DNA from: an uncultured Planctomycetales bacterium
GTDB lineage: Bacteria; Omnitrophota; Gorgyraeia; Zapsychrales; JBDRMG01
Assembly: GCA_964478715.1 (NCBI GenBank)
Contig: CAYZIY010000004.1
Coordinates: 43,351 to 107,350, forward strand
Length of the DNA stretch: 64,000 nucleotides
Direction: 5' to 3'
The notes under the pieces are model-generated. The model had not been told where the DNA came from. It worked only from the letters and a program-made list of their open reading frames with translations, and did no database searches. This document shows positions 36,603-48,612 of the stretch, one piece after another. Numbering within the stretch: position 1 is the first letter of the stretch; each line of letters begins with the position of its first letter. The position numbers and the translations under genes were made by a program.

Positions 36603-37295
36603 TCATTCCATCCCGACGATTTTCTTTAACACGGACATAATTTGAACAGGTGTGCTAAACATCTTCTCGACTTTTTCTTTATAATTGAAATGGCATTCGG
36701 TATAAAAATTTCTCTTTCTCATTTCTTTTAAGAATAAAATAATATGTTGATATTTGGCCAGGTTGATCTCGGCAACTTCACAAGGATCTAGTGTGGCCAG
36801 TAAATTAATATCGGCTAAAGACATTGCCCGGTAGACCAAAAATCCGGTCTTTTTTAACTGCGTGTCGATAACGGGCAAAAACCTGCTTAAAAAGCTCACG
36901 CCGGTTTTAACGGATCTTTCATCGACAGGGGCATTGATCCGGGGGGCGAAAACCCGGTTAAAGGCGATCCGGTCAATCGCGCTGCCGACGTGAATCGTGG
37001 TGAAATCCATCCATTGATCAATGAGAGCCCTCTTGTGTGAGTCCGCGGGATAAAGCGCGCTCTCGGTTTTTTGAGCCAGATATTTGATGATCGCATTGCT
37101 CTCAAAGAGAATAAATCCCTCATCGTCAATAACCGGAATTTTTGAAGCCGGATGAAGGCGCTTAAAATCCGGATTTTTATGCTCCTGATCCCGCAGAGAA
37201 ATTCGTTTATATTGATAAGGGATTCCCAAATGCTTTAAGGTAAAACGGACTTTATTGGAATAGCTTGAAAGATCTGCCCCGTATAATTTAAGCAC
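36603..37295 (-). CDS. Glutathione S-transferase family protein
   Basis: KIPVI, LFESNAIIKYL, SLADI; GTG start at 37295 with SD AGGAG. Confidence 0.88.
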   Translation of the reverse strand: MLKLYGADLSSYSNKVRFTLKHLGIPYQYKRISLRDQEHKNPDFKRLHPASKIPVIDDEGFILFESNAIIKYLAQKTESALYPADSHKRALIDQWMDFTTIHVGSAIDRIAFNRVFAPRINAPVDERSVKTGVSFLSRFLPVIDTQLKKTGFLVYRAMSLADINLLATLDPCEVAEINLAKYQHIILFLKEMRKRNFYTECHFNYKEKVEKMFSTPVQIMSVLKKIVGME

Positions 37296-38214
37296 AGGTT
37301 TTCTCCTTTTTTTGTTTGCGGTTTTGATATTGGCGAAGCGATGTTTCCATCCAGTTGGCAATAAGCATCTCTTTATTGAGAAGGGTTTTAAATCGACATT
37401 TCCGGCAATATTCTATTTCCCCGCTTTGGATCTTTTCCTGAAAATCATCAAATCTTTGCTGCAACCTATTGATATTTTGTTGTTGAGTAAAATCGATTTG
37501 CGTAATATCCATGCCGAAATTTTCAATATTTTTACAAAAACTGATGCTATTGCCTTTAATCGAAAGGGGGTGATTACAAACAATCCCGTACCACCGGCTT
37601 GTCGCAACTTTCTCCGCCAAACCCTGGCGCAAATGAAAATCATGAATATAAACTTTTGGGTATTTCTCAACGAGGCTCTCAAATAATGCCTGATAAGGTC
37701 CGATTGCCTCGTCTTCGTCGCTAAAAAGCTTGATGTGTTCGATTTTTTTCAGCTTAGAAAACCTCTCAACCAGAGAAGAAAGCTGCGTCACGCTCTGATC
37801 ATTGACCAAAATATTAATGGCGCATACCGGCATTTGCTCGATGAATTGATCGCACAAATTTAGTCTTTGCGGGTGACCCTCCTGATTATAAGAAACGCCT
37901 ATCCTCAGTTCCCTGTTAATGGCTATTAACCTAAGGTATTCCTTTAGAAGCGTCCCGTTTGTGAAGGTACCAACGATAATATTTTTCTTTCGGCAAAAAC
38001 GCATCAATGCCTCGATGCGATAATAGAAGCAGATTTCTCCCCCAATCAAAAAAAGGCGGTTAATTTTTAAAGCCTCGATGAAGCGAGCGAGTGCCTCAAA
38101 ATTGGTTTCGGGCCGATTGCGATATTCTTCGCTGGTTAGACTCAGGCAATAATCACACCGTAGATTGCATTTATTGGTACATTCAACTCTCAGGCCCACA
38201 TCAGAAATGTTCAT
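37288..38214 (-). CDS. Radical SAM protein
   Basis: CNLRCDYC, GGE, TNGTL; C-terminal Cys residues; start trimmed to the ATG at 38214. Confidence 0.85.
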   Translation of the reverse strand: MNISDVGLRVECTNKCNLRCDYCLSLTSEEYRNRPETNFEALARFIEALKINRLFLIGGEICFYYRIEALMRFCRKKNIIVGTFTNGTLLKEYLRLIAINRELRIGVSYNQEGHPQRLNLCDQFIEQMPVCAINILVNDQSVTQLSSLVERFSKLKKIEHIKLFSDEDEAIGPYQALFESLVEKYPKVYIHDFHLRQGLAEKVATSRWYGIVCNHPLSIKGNSISFCKNIENFGMDITQIDFTQQQNINRLQQRFDDFQEKIQSGEIEYCRKCRFKTLLNKEMLIANWMETSLRQYQNRKQKKEKTCA

Positions 38215-38215
38215 C

Positions 38216-39190
38216 TTAAAATAATGGATCCTTGATTGGGTGAGGAAATCCTCGCCGCTTGATGAAATATTCAATCGACTGAATAGCCTGCCTGGCCTTG
38301 CGGCTGGTGGCTTCTCTGGTATTGAAAGCATTGTGCGGCGTAAAGATACAGGCCGGATTTTTCTTTAACTCCTGAAAAATTTTCAGCTGACCTGTTTTCG
38401 CTTTTGAATTACTTCTTAAAGAAACAGCCAGCTCGTGTTCCCGATCATAAACATCGCACCCCAAGCCCCCCAGAAAACCCTCATCAAGTAATTTTTTTAA
38501 ATCTTTAAGGGGAGCGATCTCTCCGCGGGCGATATTAAGAAAAACGAGTCCCTTTCGACAGTGTTTAAGAGCTTCGTAACTAAGCATGTTCTCTGTTAAT
38601 CTTGTTAAGGGAAGCGCGCAAACCGCCGCATGGGCCCACATCAAACCGTCAACTAAAGTCACGTATTCGATGTCTTTGCGTTTTTGATTAATATCAATAC
38701 CGCGGACATTCATCCCGATCCCTTTGGCTATGTCAACAATTTCTGAACCAATATTGCCGACTCCGATCACCAGACAATTGCGTCCTTTCGCTTCTGTACC
38801 CGTCATTCCGTCTCGGTGAAATCTTTTCATATGCTCCATTTGCAATTTGCATTTTCGAAAAATCATGAACATCATCATAATAGCCTGCTCAGCAACAGCC
38901 CGGCTGCAATAAGCTGGCAAATACCCGCAAGACGTTTCTGTCTTAGTTTTTTCTCGATAAGCGATCAGGTGATCATAACCAACACTTCGGGTTAGAATGC
39001 CTCTCAATTGGCCTGACCAGCTCACGGGGATAACAGACTGCGTACGAATACTGATAATATCAGCCGGAGGTTCGCGGCGTCCATCTTCTTGAATAGTTTT
39101 TAAAGTAAAATCGGCCTTGAGATAGCTTGGAAGAAACTCTTTTAAAAGATCCTGTTCTTCTTCAAAAGCTTCGTAGAATATGCAATCCAT
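38216..39190 (-). CDS. D-2-hydroxyacid dehydrogenase family protein
   Basis: TRSVGYDH, GVGNIG, NIARGEI, TPHNAF. Confidence 0.9.
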   Translation of the reverse strand: MDCIFYEAFEEEQDLLKEFLPSYLKADFTLKTIQEDGRREPPADIISIRTQSVIPVSWSGQLRGILTRSVGYDHLIAYREKTKTETSCGYLPAYCSRAVAEQAIMMMFMIFRKCKLQMEHMKRFHRDGMTGTEAKGRNCLVIGVGNIGSEIVDIAKGIGMNVRGIDINQKRKDIEYVTLVDGLMWAHAAVCALPLTRLTENMLSYEALKHCRKGLVFLNIARGEIAPLKDLKKLLDEGFLGGLGCDVYDREHELAVSLRSNSKAKTGQLKIFQELKKNPACIFTPHNAFNTREATSRKARQAIQSIEYFIKRRGFPHPIKDPLF

Positions 39191-39205
39191 ATTAAAAATA
39201 AAAAA

Positions 39206-39335
39206 TAGACTTGAAATAAATGGAAATAGTTTGAAATAGATTGAAATAAATTGTCAGCTTAAAAAATTCGCTGCTTTTAAATCGCGAAGGACAAGGTATT
39301 TCTATTTATTTCTGCGTATTCCCACATATTTCATT
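39206..39335. repeat. Inverted decamer-repeat (MITE-like) element
   Basis: (TTGAAATAAA)-like x4 ending TTGTC, ~35-nt spacer, then GACAA plus (TATTTC....)-like x4. Confidence 0.75.
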
Positions 39336-39346
39336 TCCCGTATTAA

Positions 39347-40366
39347 CTATTGTCTTTCAAACGCTAATTTTACGATCTTCCTTATCAAATTATTATAATC
39401 CATCCCCGCCTTGGCGGCTGATTCGGCAAATTCATCGATTTTGGCGATACAGGGATTCGCGTTGGGCTCTAAAATATAAACCTGGCCGGTTGGGGTAATG
39501 CGGATATCAAAACGCGCATAGCTGTCCATATCCAGCGCCCGATAGGCGCGCTTGCAGGTATCTTGAATTTTTTCATCCATGCCGTTGGGCAATTTACCGG
39601 CAAATTCACTGCGGATATTGTACCGGGCACGATATTTATCATCCCATTTGGCTTTATAGGTCGCCACCCGCGGTTCTTCGTCGGACATCTCGCCGAATTT
39701 TAACTCCCGCGGCGGAAAAACAGTAATGCGTTTTTTTCCCATCACGCTCATATAAAGCTCTCTGCCTTCGATATATTCTTCGGCGATCGCATCAGCTTTC
39801 ATGTGCTCATGAATGAATTTCACTCGCTCAACCAACCCATCCTCACTATCGACGACAGAAGCTTGCGATATTCCCCTCGAAGCCTCCTCGCATAAAGGCT
39901 TGACAACAAGCGGTGTTTTTAATTGCTTGGGTAACCATACTCTATGACCTCTTAAGAATGCATAGAATCGAGGCACCCTTAACCGGTGATAGCGAAGAAT
40001 TTTTTTGGCCAGAGCCTTGTTGTTGCAAACAAATAAACATCCCGGGGAGGCGCCTGTATAGGGAATCTGAAGCATCTCAAGAAGCGAGGCAACATTCTTT
40101 TCAAGATGCGATTTCTGATCAAAAACTTCCGCCTGGTTAAAAATAACATCGGGCTTGTTTTCTTTGATTTCATTGAGAAGAAGATGAATGTCATTATAAA
40201 GCCCCAGAAGACTCACATCGTATCCGCTGGCTTTAAGGGCTCGATATACATCACGCTCAGTATACCACCAGCCTTCGGTGTCTTTGAATTCTTCTTCGTA
40301 GGAATATCCCCTATCGTGCATTTCGGGGCTATCGAATAAAAGCAGCACTTTGAGCTTTTTTTTCAT
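39347..40366 (-). CDS. D-Ala-D-Ala-ligase-like ATP-grasp protein
   Basis: PYTG, VVKP..EEASRGI, EEYIEGRE, YARFD, LEPNANP; lacks the canonical Ddl LHG/GEDG motifs. Confidence 0.85.
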   Translation of the reverse strand: MKKKLKVLLLFDSPEMHDRGYSYEEEFKDTEGWWYTERDVYRALKASGYDVSLLGLYNDIHLLLNEIKENKPDVIFNQAEVFDQKSHLEKNVASLLEMLQIPYTGASPGCLFVCNNKALAKKILRYHRLRVPRFYAFLRGHRVWLPKQLKTPLVVKPLCEEASRGISQASVVDSEDGLVERVKFIHEHMKADAIAEEYIEGRELYMSVMGKKRITVFPPRELKFGEMSDEEPRVATYKAKWDDKYRARYNIRSEFAGKLPNGMDEKIQDTCKRAYRALDMDSYARFDIRITPTGQVYILEPNANPCIAKIDEFAESAAKAGMDYNNLIRKIVKLAFERQ

Positions 40367-41388
40367 TTGTTTCCTCTGAGACGGCCGGTGTAACGGTAAT
40401 TCATAATCAAGGCTGTAATGTATGTTGAAATCTTGATAATTGCTGCCTGATCCTCATCTGTCGCAATCAACTTTAACTCCCGGCAACGTTTACCAATTTT
40501 TTTGAGCAGATCATCAGTAATATATTTTTTTTCACCAGTCCAATTCGCAATACTTTTGAGAATCTGAAGACGGTTTGTTTTAAGAAGATCGGACGCGGCA
40601 GGCGCATTTTTTCCACTCTCTTCTTTTTCGGAAAAAATGCGCTTCAAATTCACATCATGAAAATCCGGAAAATCTTCCGCGCCGTAGGCGCGCTTTTTCT
40701 TGTAATAATTCTTTAAAGTCACGCGCAGTGTTGAGAGTCTCCAATCTTTCTTGCCTTTCTTGACAACGGACTCTTTGTCTTTGATCTCTTCCATAAGCTG
40801 TTCGACAAATTTCAATTTAACCAGAGCCCGCCAGCCCTGATAGCGCTGCTGCCAGTCGCTATGCGGTGTCAACCAGACAGCAAAAGTTTCTGAAAAATCT
40901 TCATCGGGATGATATTGCGCGTAATAATCTTCCAGATGCCTGACATAGCTTCTGCTATAGGGACGAAACCGGTAGGTCTCGCCGTATTCTTTATCGGGTG
41001 AACCAAATATTTTCTGCCATTTCTTCTTTTTACTTAACCGATAGGCATGATTGATCGCATGACCCGCTTCGTGGCGCAATAGCTGCATACACCATTCATT
41101 GGTCCAGCCTTCGGCCTCCAGCATCATCTTTTTTTCCAGGCGGATCAGAGCATCGTCGGCCAGGTAAAAAGGGATCCCGATCGTCGGCTCCCCGTCTGGC
41201 GTGAGCCACTCATCGGCCAGATAGCATTCGGGCTTAAAGCCAATGCCTTTGCCATCCAGCTCCCGGTAAAGATCATTGACCCGGTCCTGTAGCCAGGTGC
41301 CTTTGATTTCTAAAGGAAGGTCGCAAATGCGGGTATGAAGCAGTTCCTCTTCAGAAATTTTAGACAAATCGATCTGTTTCTTTTTCAT
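40363..41388 (-). CDS. Putative zinc-binding metallopeptidase
   Basis: LLRHEAGHA, YAQYHPDEDFSETFAVWL. Confidence 0.85.
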   Translation of the reverse strand: MKKKQIDLSKISEEELLHTRICDLPLEIKGTWLQDRVNDLYRELDGKGIGFKPECYLADEWLTPDGEPTIGIPFYLADDALIRLEKKMMLEAEGWTNEWCMQLLRHEAGHAINHAYRLSKKKKWQKIFGSPDKEYGETYRFRPYSRSYVRHLEDYYAQYHPDEDFSETFAVWLTPHSDWQQRYQGWRALVKLKFVEQLMEEIKDKESVVKKGKKDWRLSTLRVTLKNYYKKKRAYGAEDFPDFHDVNLKRIFSEKEESGKNAPAASDLLKTNRLQILKSIANWTGEKKYITDDLLKKIGKRCRELKLIATDEDQAAIIKISTYITALIMNYRYTGRLRGNK

Positions 41389-41403
41389 TGCGGCAACGCT
41401 TCT

Positions 41404-42795
41404 TTACCATTTCCCTGACTTGCGGGCTTCAGCGGGCGGATATTGTTTGAGAACTTCTTCAGATTGATCGATTTCTTTTTGAGGAAGATGGAAAATATCC
41501 AACTTGTCGTCCAAATACTTCTGATAACCCAAAAGATCAAGCAGGCCGTGGCCGCTGTAATTCATCAGGATCACTTTTTCTTTTCCTTCTTCTTTGGCCT
41601 TGAGAGCTTCGTCAATCGTACAAGCCAGCGCATGAGATGTTTCCGGCGCGCAAACTGTGCCTTCGCTGCGTGCCCATGTGATGGCGGCCTCAAAACATTT
41701 AAGTTGATCATAACAACGCGGCTCAAGCAATCCTTCGACAACAGCCTGGCTGACCAAAGGTGCCATGCCGTGATAGCGAAGCCCTCCGGCATGAATCGGC
41801 GCTGGAATGAAATTATGGCCTAAAGTGAGCATCGCCAAAAGAGGCGTCATCTGGGCGGTGTCTCCGAAATCATAAGCAAAAAGACCGCGTGTCATTTTTG
41901 GAGCGGCCGCTGATTCGACAGGAATAATATCAATTTTGGCGCCATGAATCTTATCGTTGACAAATGGAAATGAAAGTCCGGCAAAATTACTCCCGCCTCC
42001 CGCGCATCCAATGATGGTATCAACTTTTTTCTCACCGGTAATCTCAAGCTGTTTTTTGGCCTCAAGCCCGATAATCGTCTGATGCAGCATCACATGATTC
42101 AAGACACTGCCCAGCGAATAACGGGTCTGTCCGCTTTGATCGCTCACCGCCTCTTCAATTGCTTCAGAAATGGCGATCCCCAGGCTACCGGGTGTATCCG
42201 GCATTTTTTCCAAAATGTCCCGCCCGACTTTGGTTTCATTACTCGGCGAAGCCACGCAATGAGCCCCCCAGGTACGCATGAGCGTTTTGCGCATCGGTTT
42301 TTGATCAAAGCTGATCCGCACCATATACACCTTACATTCCAGTCCAACTAAAGCACAGGAAAATGCCAGAGCGCTTCCCCACTGACCGGCCCCGGTTTCG
42401 GTTGTTAATTTCTTAATCCCAAACTGTTTGTTATACCAGGCCTGGGCCACCGCCGTGTTTGGCTTATGGCTTCCAGCCGGAGAGACGCTTTCGTCCTTAT
42501 AGTAAATACGCGCAGGCGTTTTAAGATGCTGTTCCAAATATTTCGCCCGTCGAAGGGGCGAAGGACGCCAGCGATAAAGGATTTCCAGAATCTCATCCGG
42601 TATATCAATCCACCGCTTCTGGGAGACTTCCTGTTCGATCAAATTCGTCGGAAAAACCGGCTCCAGCATATCGGGTGTTATCGGTTTACCGTCGGGCCCT
42701 AAAGGCGGCAGCATGGGCGTGGGCAGATCAGCCGCCAGATTATACCATTTACGAGGAATGTCTTTTTCCGAGAGAGTGATTTTGATTTCGCTCAC
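41404..42795 (-). CDS. trpB2: TrpB-like PLP enzyme (TrpB2 type)
   Basis: GSHKPN, TTETGAGQWG, GGGSN, HAGGLRYHG. Confidence 0.92.
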   Translation of the reverse strand: MSEIKITLSEKDIPRKWYNLAADLPTPMLPPLGPDGKPITPDMLEPVFPTNLIEQEVSQKRWIDIPDEILEILYRWRPSPLRRAKYLEQHLKTPARIYYKDESVSPAGSHKPNTAVAQAWYNKQFGIKKLTTETGAGQWGSALAFSCALVGLECKVYMVRISFDQKPMRKTLMRTWGAHCVASPSNETKVGRDILEKMPDTPGSLGIAISEAIEEAVSDQSGQTRYSLGSVLNHVMLHQTIIGLEAKKQLEITGEKKVDTIIGCAGGGSNFAGLSFPFVNDKIHGAKIDIIPVESAAAPKMTRGLFAYDFGDTAQMTPLLAMLTLGHNFIPAPIHAGGLRYHGMAPLVSQAVVEGLLEPRCYDQLKCFEAAITWARSEGTVCAPETSHALACTIDEALKAKEEGKEKVILMNYSGHGLLDLLGYQKYLDDKLDIFHLPQKEIDQSEEVLKQYPPAEARKSGKW

Positions 42796-42807
42796 AGTCG
42801 ATCTCCT

Positions 42808-43431
42808 TTATTGGTTCATGGCTTTTTCGAGAATCCGAATATTCTCCTCTAAAATTTTCGTTTGATGATCGTAATCTTCTTTCACTTCATAGGGCAATGA
42901 AGGAGGAATCTTTTTGTGAAAGTCTAATGTCTCTTTGGCTAGAGATAGGGCTGTCTCACCAAACATATCTTTTCTATCCGCAGCGGCTCCTTTTGATAAT
43001 AAAAATTTGATCGCGTCCTGCGATCCTGATGATGCGGCCATCATTAAAGGAGAGCCTTCCTCTGTCCCCTCTATGTCTGCGCCGGCATCCAAAAGAAGCT
43101 CCATGATTTCTATATTATTAACCCCCGCCGCCCACATCAACGGTGTTGAGCCCATGACGTCTTCGGTTGCCTCAGTATCGGCACCATGTGAAAGCAAGAG
43201 CTTAACCATTTCTTTGTTTCCCGATTGAACGGCATAAAATAAAGCAGGCGCCGTAACGTCATTCGCATTGATATCCGCCTCCTTCTCGATAGCTTCAAGG
43301 GCTTTGTCGTAATCTTTCATTTTTACGGCCACAATCAAGTTATCTTCTTTTAATCCACAGTAAGCTGGATAAACAAAAAGGATGGATAATATCAATAGAG
43401 ATGCGATGATATGAATTCGGGTAAATGTCAT
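42808..43431 (-). CDS. Secreted ankyrin-repeat protein
   Basis: Signal peptide; TPLMWAA..LLLDAGAD repeats. Confidence 0.88.
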   Translation of the reverse strand: MTFTRIHIIASLLILSILFVYPAYCGLKEDNLIVAVKMKDYDKALEAIEKEADINANDVTAPALFYAVQSGNKEMVKLLLSHGADTEATEDVMGSTPLMWAAGVNNIEIMELLLDAGADIEGTEEGSPLMMAASSGSQDAIKFLLSKGAAADRKDMFGETALSLAKETLDFHKKIPPSLPYEVKEDYDHQTKILEENIRILEKAMNQ

Positions 43432-43440
43432 GTTGAATAT

Positions 43441-45182
<1,742 letters not shown>

Positions 45183-45245
45183 GGCTCCTCGCTTTCTTTA
45201 AAATCAATGTTCATATTCTACAGTTGTTTGGGAGCTGGGGCAAGG

Positions 45246-45287
45246 AAAAAGAACCCCACTCTTTTGGCTTAGGTCAAAAGAGTGGGG
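45246..45287 (-). terminator. Intrinsic terminator after the CBM-dockerin gene
   Basis: CCCCACTCTTTTG...CAAAAGAGTGGGG followed by TTCTTTTT. Confidence 0.85.
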
Positions 45288-45325
45288 CTATCCATAGTTA
45301 GGATTATCGCGGGAGAGAATAGTTT

Positions 45326-48300
45326 TTATTTTCCGCTACCGTCACAATCAGGCGCCGGACCGCCGCTAAACATATAGGAAACCAGATAAGTCAAATCAGA
45401 AATATCCGGATTCAGTCCATCCCTACCGTTAACATTGGCCACCCACATCGGATCCGGAGCCGGACCGCCGCTGAACATGTACGAAACTAAATAGGTTAAA
45501 TCCGAAATATCTACTGTCGGAGAACCATCTCCATTTATATCGCCGCAATAATATTCCTGGCTTGATGTAGTCATCTGCGCACTGTCAAAAATAGCTGTCG
45601 CGCCGATGGCATCTACATTGTCGATTTGATCTGCGAAAATGAAGCAGAGAACCTTGATGCTGGCCGCCGCAGCAGGAGCGGTGGCGCTCACGCTAAGCTC
45701 GCTCCAGCCATTGACGCCTTGCAGAGTATCATCAACCTGGGAGCTGACTTCTTGTCCTTGATCATCCAAGAAAATGAGGCCTAAACCGGCAGATGTCGAG
45801 CTGGCAAAGGCGCTGATATCGGTTTTAGCCATAATGCTGACGGTAACATCACTGCCAGCATCTACGGCTACGATCTGCTCGGCGCTGGCATAGTAATTTC
45901 CCGTCGTCACAGAGGAATCAACGACAAACTCCGCGGCATAGGATCCTTCATAAACATCAGCTGTCGTTATAGCAGCTGGTTTATTGGGAGTGTCCCAATC
46001 GCCCAGTCCGTTTTCAAATCCCGGATTCAAAAGATCCGTTGGAAGCGGCGGCGGTTCAATCGCGTCATATGAATAATAAAAGGAATCGAAATTCACCGTT
46101 CCGTTTTCGCCCAAAGGATCATCTTCGGGAACAAAGGCAAAGCCGCTAACGCGTACTTTGACAGCTCCCGCCGGAATGGTGGCAGCCACATAAAGCTCTC
46201 GCCAATCATTAGTGCCGCTGAGGCTGTCCTGACCGATAATATAAGCTTCATTTTCTTCGTCAAAGAACTCTATCTGAATCCCAACACTAGCTTCGGATGC
46301 CGGCTCAATATCGGATTTCAAATAGGCGGTCAAATAGACGTCTTGCTCGCTTGGAAAAGGCGTTCCTTGATTGTTGTAATAAATATCCTGATACACAATG
46401 CTGAAATAATCATCGTTGGGAGGATTTTCACCAATGGTTTTTTGTCCCGAGTAAGTACCCGCGTGAGCCTGGGTGTCGTCAATAACTGTGGGCAATCCAT
46501 AAAGATCGCTCCATCCAGTTAACCCTAATTCGAAACCAGGGTTCACTAAATCTGTGGCAAATCCTGGAGGATCAATAGGATCCAGCGAGGCCACAACATC
46601 GTCGAAATAAGCAGTGCCGCCTAAACCGACATCCGCATTGGGAGCCGAAGCAAAAACGCTAACCCTCGCCTTGACAGTCTGAGTCGGAGCATTTTCGGCC
46701 ACATACAATTTGGTCCATCCGGTTTGCCCGGAAATCGTGTCGGTGTAGGTGGCGATTTCAACATCCATCGCATCCACAAATTCCACCAGCAAACCAGCCG
46801 AACTTCCTGAAGAAGGATCCATGTCGGTTTTCACCCATGCCGTTGTATAAAGTGTGTCTCCGGCCCCAAAAACAAACTCCTGACTTGTTCGCGACCAGAA
46901 ATCGGCACTGCCGCCGGGATCTTGAACAACGGATTTGGCCGCATAGTCTCCGGAATGGCTTGCTTCGCTTGTGACCGTCATCGGAAAGCCTGAGGCATCA
47001 AGGGTCCATCCGCTTAAGGCATCTTCAAAGCTGGGATTAAGAATCAACTCGCTGGGAGGGGTGTTGGAAAACGTGACATCATCGACATAAACCGTTCCGT
47101 TGACAATCCCCTGACCCTGCGCTGCCCAGGTATATCCACTAATACGCATTTTTACGGTCCCAGCGGGCGCTGTCTTGGTGACATAAAGGAGTTTCCAGTC
47201 GGTATTGGCTGTAATCTCCGATTTCGCCGGAGAGCCAATCAGATCATTGTTGGAATTATAGAATCCCACCTGAATACCGCCCACAGCAGTATAAACCGGA
47301 TTGATTTCCGATTTGACCCAAGCGGTCACAAAGGCTGATTCTCCAGAAGAAAACGGCAGCTCCTGATAAACCTCACCCCAGTAATCTTGCGGATCGGTAT
47401 TGCCGATCGTCCTGGCCGCTGCATAGTTTCCGGAATTGACGACTTGGTCGGTCGCCACAAACGGAAAGCCATTAGCCGACCAGTCATTGACTCCGTTTTC
47501 AAAACCGGCGTTGATCAAATCTGTCTGCGGCGGCGGAGTCGAGATGGGACTTGTGGAGACAATAAAATCATCCACATAAAATTTCCCCGTTAAGGCCGGA
47601 GAATCGTTTTGGGCTGCCCAAAGAAAAGCGCCGATACGAACTTTGGCTGTTTGGGAAGGAGCCGTTCCTTCCGTATAAAGCAAACGCCAATCTGTCTGAC
47701 CCCCGATTTCAGAGGTCACTTGTGAAATAATAGTATCGTTGGAACGCAAAAATTGAATAATCAAACCGCCTTTGGCCCCTGCTAATGGAGAAATATTTGT
47801 TTGTCCCCAAGCCGAAGCGTAAAAAGTATTGCCAACTGTTGCCGCTGTTTCCTGATAGATAAAACCGTAATAATCCCCGCCGGTTACGCTATTAACGGCA
47901 TCGTAAGCGCTGTATGATCCGCTATGAACCTGAGAGGAAGAAACGCTAAAGGGATAGGTCCCGGCTCCCGTAGTCCAGCCGCTTAATTGCGATTCAAATC
48001 CGGGATTCGTCACAATTCCACCAGGAGCTTCCTCAAGATCTAGGAAAAGATCGTCTGCGTAAGCTGCGCCGTTGATTGCCTGAGCATCATCTTCAGCGGC
48101 AAAAATAAAGGCCCCGGCTCTAATTTGAACTGTACCGGTCGGCGCATGTCCTGAAACATAAAGTTTGAACCAGTCATTGACCCCGCCCATATCGGTCTTG
48201 ATATTACTGATCACATCACCACCGCTATTGAGGAATTCCACTAAAATACCAGCCCGAGCAGAGGATCCAGCGGCAAAATCCGTCTTGATCCATCCCGACA

Positions 48301-48568
48301 TCAACACCGGATCGCCGGCTGCCACCGGTTCGATGATTTGATAAACCTGACCATAATATTCCTGATCTTCAACATCAGAAATGGTATTTTTTACCGCATA
48401 CGGGCTCCCGTGAACTTCTGTATTAGTAACCCGAAACGGATATCCGATAGACGAATAGCTGTTAAGTCCATTATCAAATCCCGGATTTTCAATCAGATTG
48501 TCGGCAAGAGCTAATTGAGGAACGGCCAGCAGCATTCCAATAATTAAAACTTTCCTTAGTATAGGCAT
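45326..48568 (-). CDS. Secreted protein with six CBM4/9-like repeats and a C-terminal dockerin-like domain
   Basis: Signal peptide; 6x N(P/A)(G/S)F(E/D)xxLxxW repeats; duplicated DISDLTYLVSYMFSGGPAP; SD AAGGAGG gives start 48568. Confidence 0.85.
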   Translation of the reverse strand: MPILRKVLIIGMLLAVPQLALADNLIENPGFDNGLNSYSSIGYPFRVTNTEVHGSPYAVKNTISDVEDQEYYGQVYQIIEPVAAGDPVLMSGWIKTDFAAGSSARAGILVEFLNSGGDVISNIKTDMGGVNDWFKLYVSGHAPTGTVQIRAGAFIFAAEDDAQAINGAAYADDLFLDLEEAPGGIVTNPGFESQLSGWTTGAGTYPFSVSSSQVHSGSYSAYDAVNSVTGGDYYGFIYQETAATVGNTFYASAWGQTNISPLAGAKGGLIIQFLRSNDTIISQVTSEIGGQTDWRLLYTEGTAPSQTAKVRIGAFLWAAQNDSPALTGKFYVDDFIVSTSPISTPPPQTDLINAGFENGVNDWSANGFPFVATDQVVNSGNYAAARTIGNTDPQDYWGEVYQELPFSSGESAFVTAWVKSEINPVYTAVGGIQVGFYNSNNDLIGSPAKSEITANTDWKLLYVTKTAPAGTVKMRISGYTWAAQGQGIVNGTVYVDDVTFSNTPPSELILNPSFEDALSGWTLDASGFPMTVTSEASHSGDYAAKSVVQDPGGSADFWSRTSQEFVFGAGDTLYTTAWVKTDMDPSSGSSAGLLVEFVDAMDVEIATYTDTISGQTGWTKLYVAENAPTQTVKARVSVFASAPNADVGLGGTAYFDDVVASLDPIDPPGFATDLVNPGFELGLTGWSDLYGLPTVIDDTQAHAGTYSGQKTIGENPPNDDYFSIVYQDIYYNNQGTPFPSEQDVYLTAYLKSDIEPASEASVGIQIEFFDEENEAYIIGQDSLSGTNDWRELYVAATIPAGAVKVRVSGFAFVPEDDPLGENGTVNFDSFYYSYDAIEPPPLPTDLLNPGFENGLGDWDTPNKPAAITTADVYEGSYAAEFVVDSSVTTGNYYASAEQIVAVDAGSDVTVSIMAKTDISAFASSTSAGLGLIFLDDQGQEVSSQVDDTLQGVNGWSELSVSATAPAAAASIKVLCFIFADQIDNVDAIGATAIFDSAQMTTSSQEYYCGDINGDGSPTVDISDLTYLVSYMFSGGPAPDPMWVANVNGRDGLNPDISDLTYLVSYMFSGGPAPDCDGSGK

Positions 48569-48612
48569 ATGTACAACCTCCTTAATTTGGTAAATTTCTT
48601 GTTTGGGTTTGA

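Noticed and set aside
39206-39335. Repeat arrays (also 19418-19460 and 18562-18724) as CRISPR
   Set aside because: Units are 6-10 bp, with no 25-40-bp repeats separated by unique spacers and no cas genes
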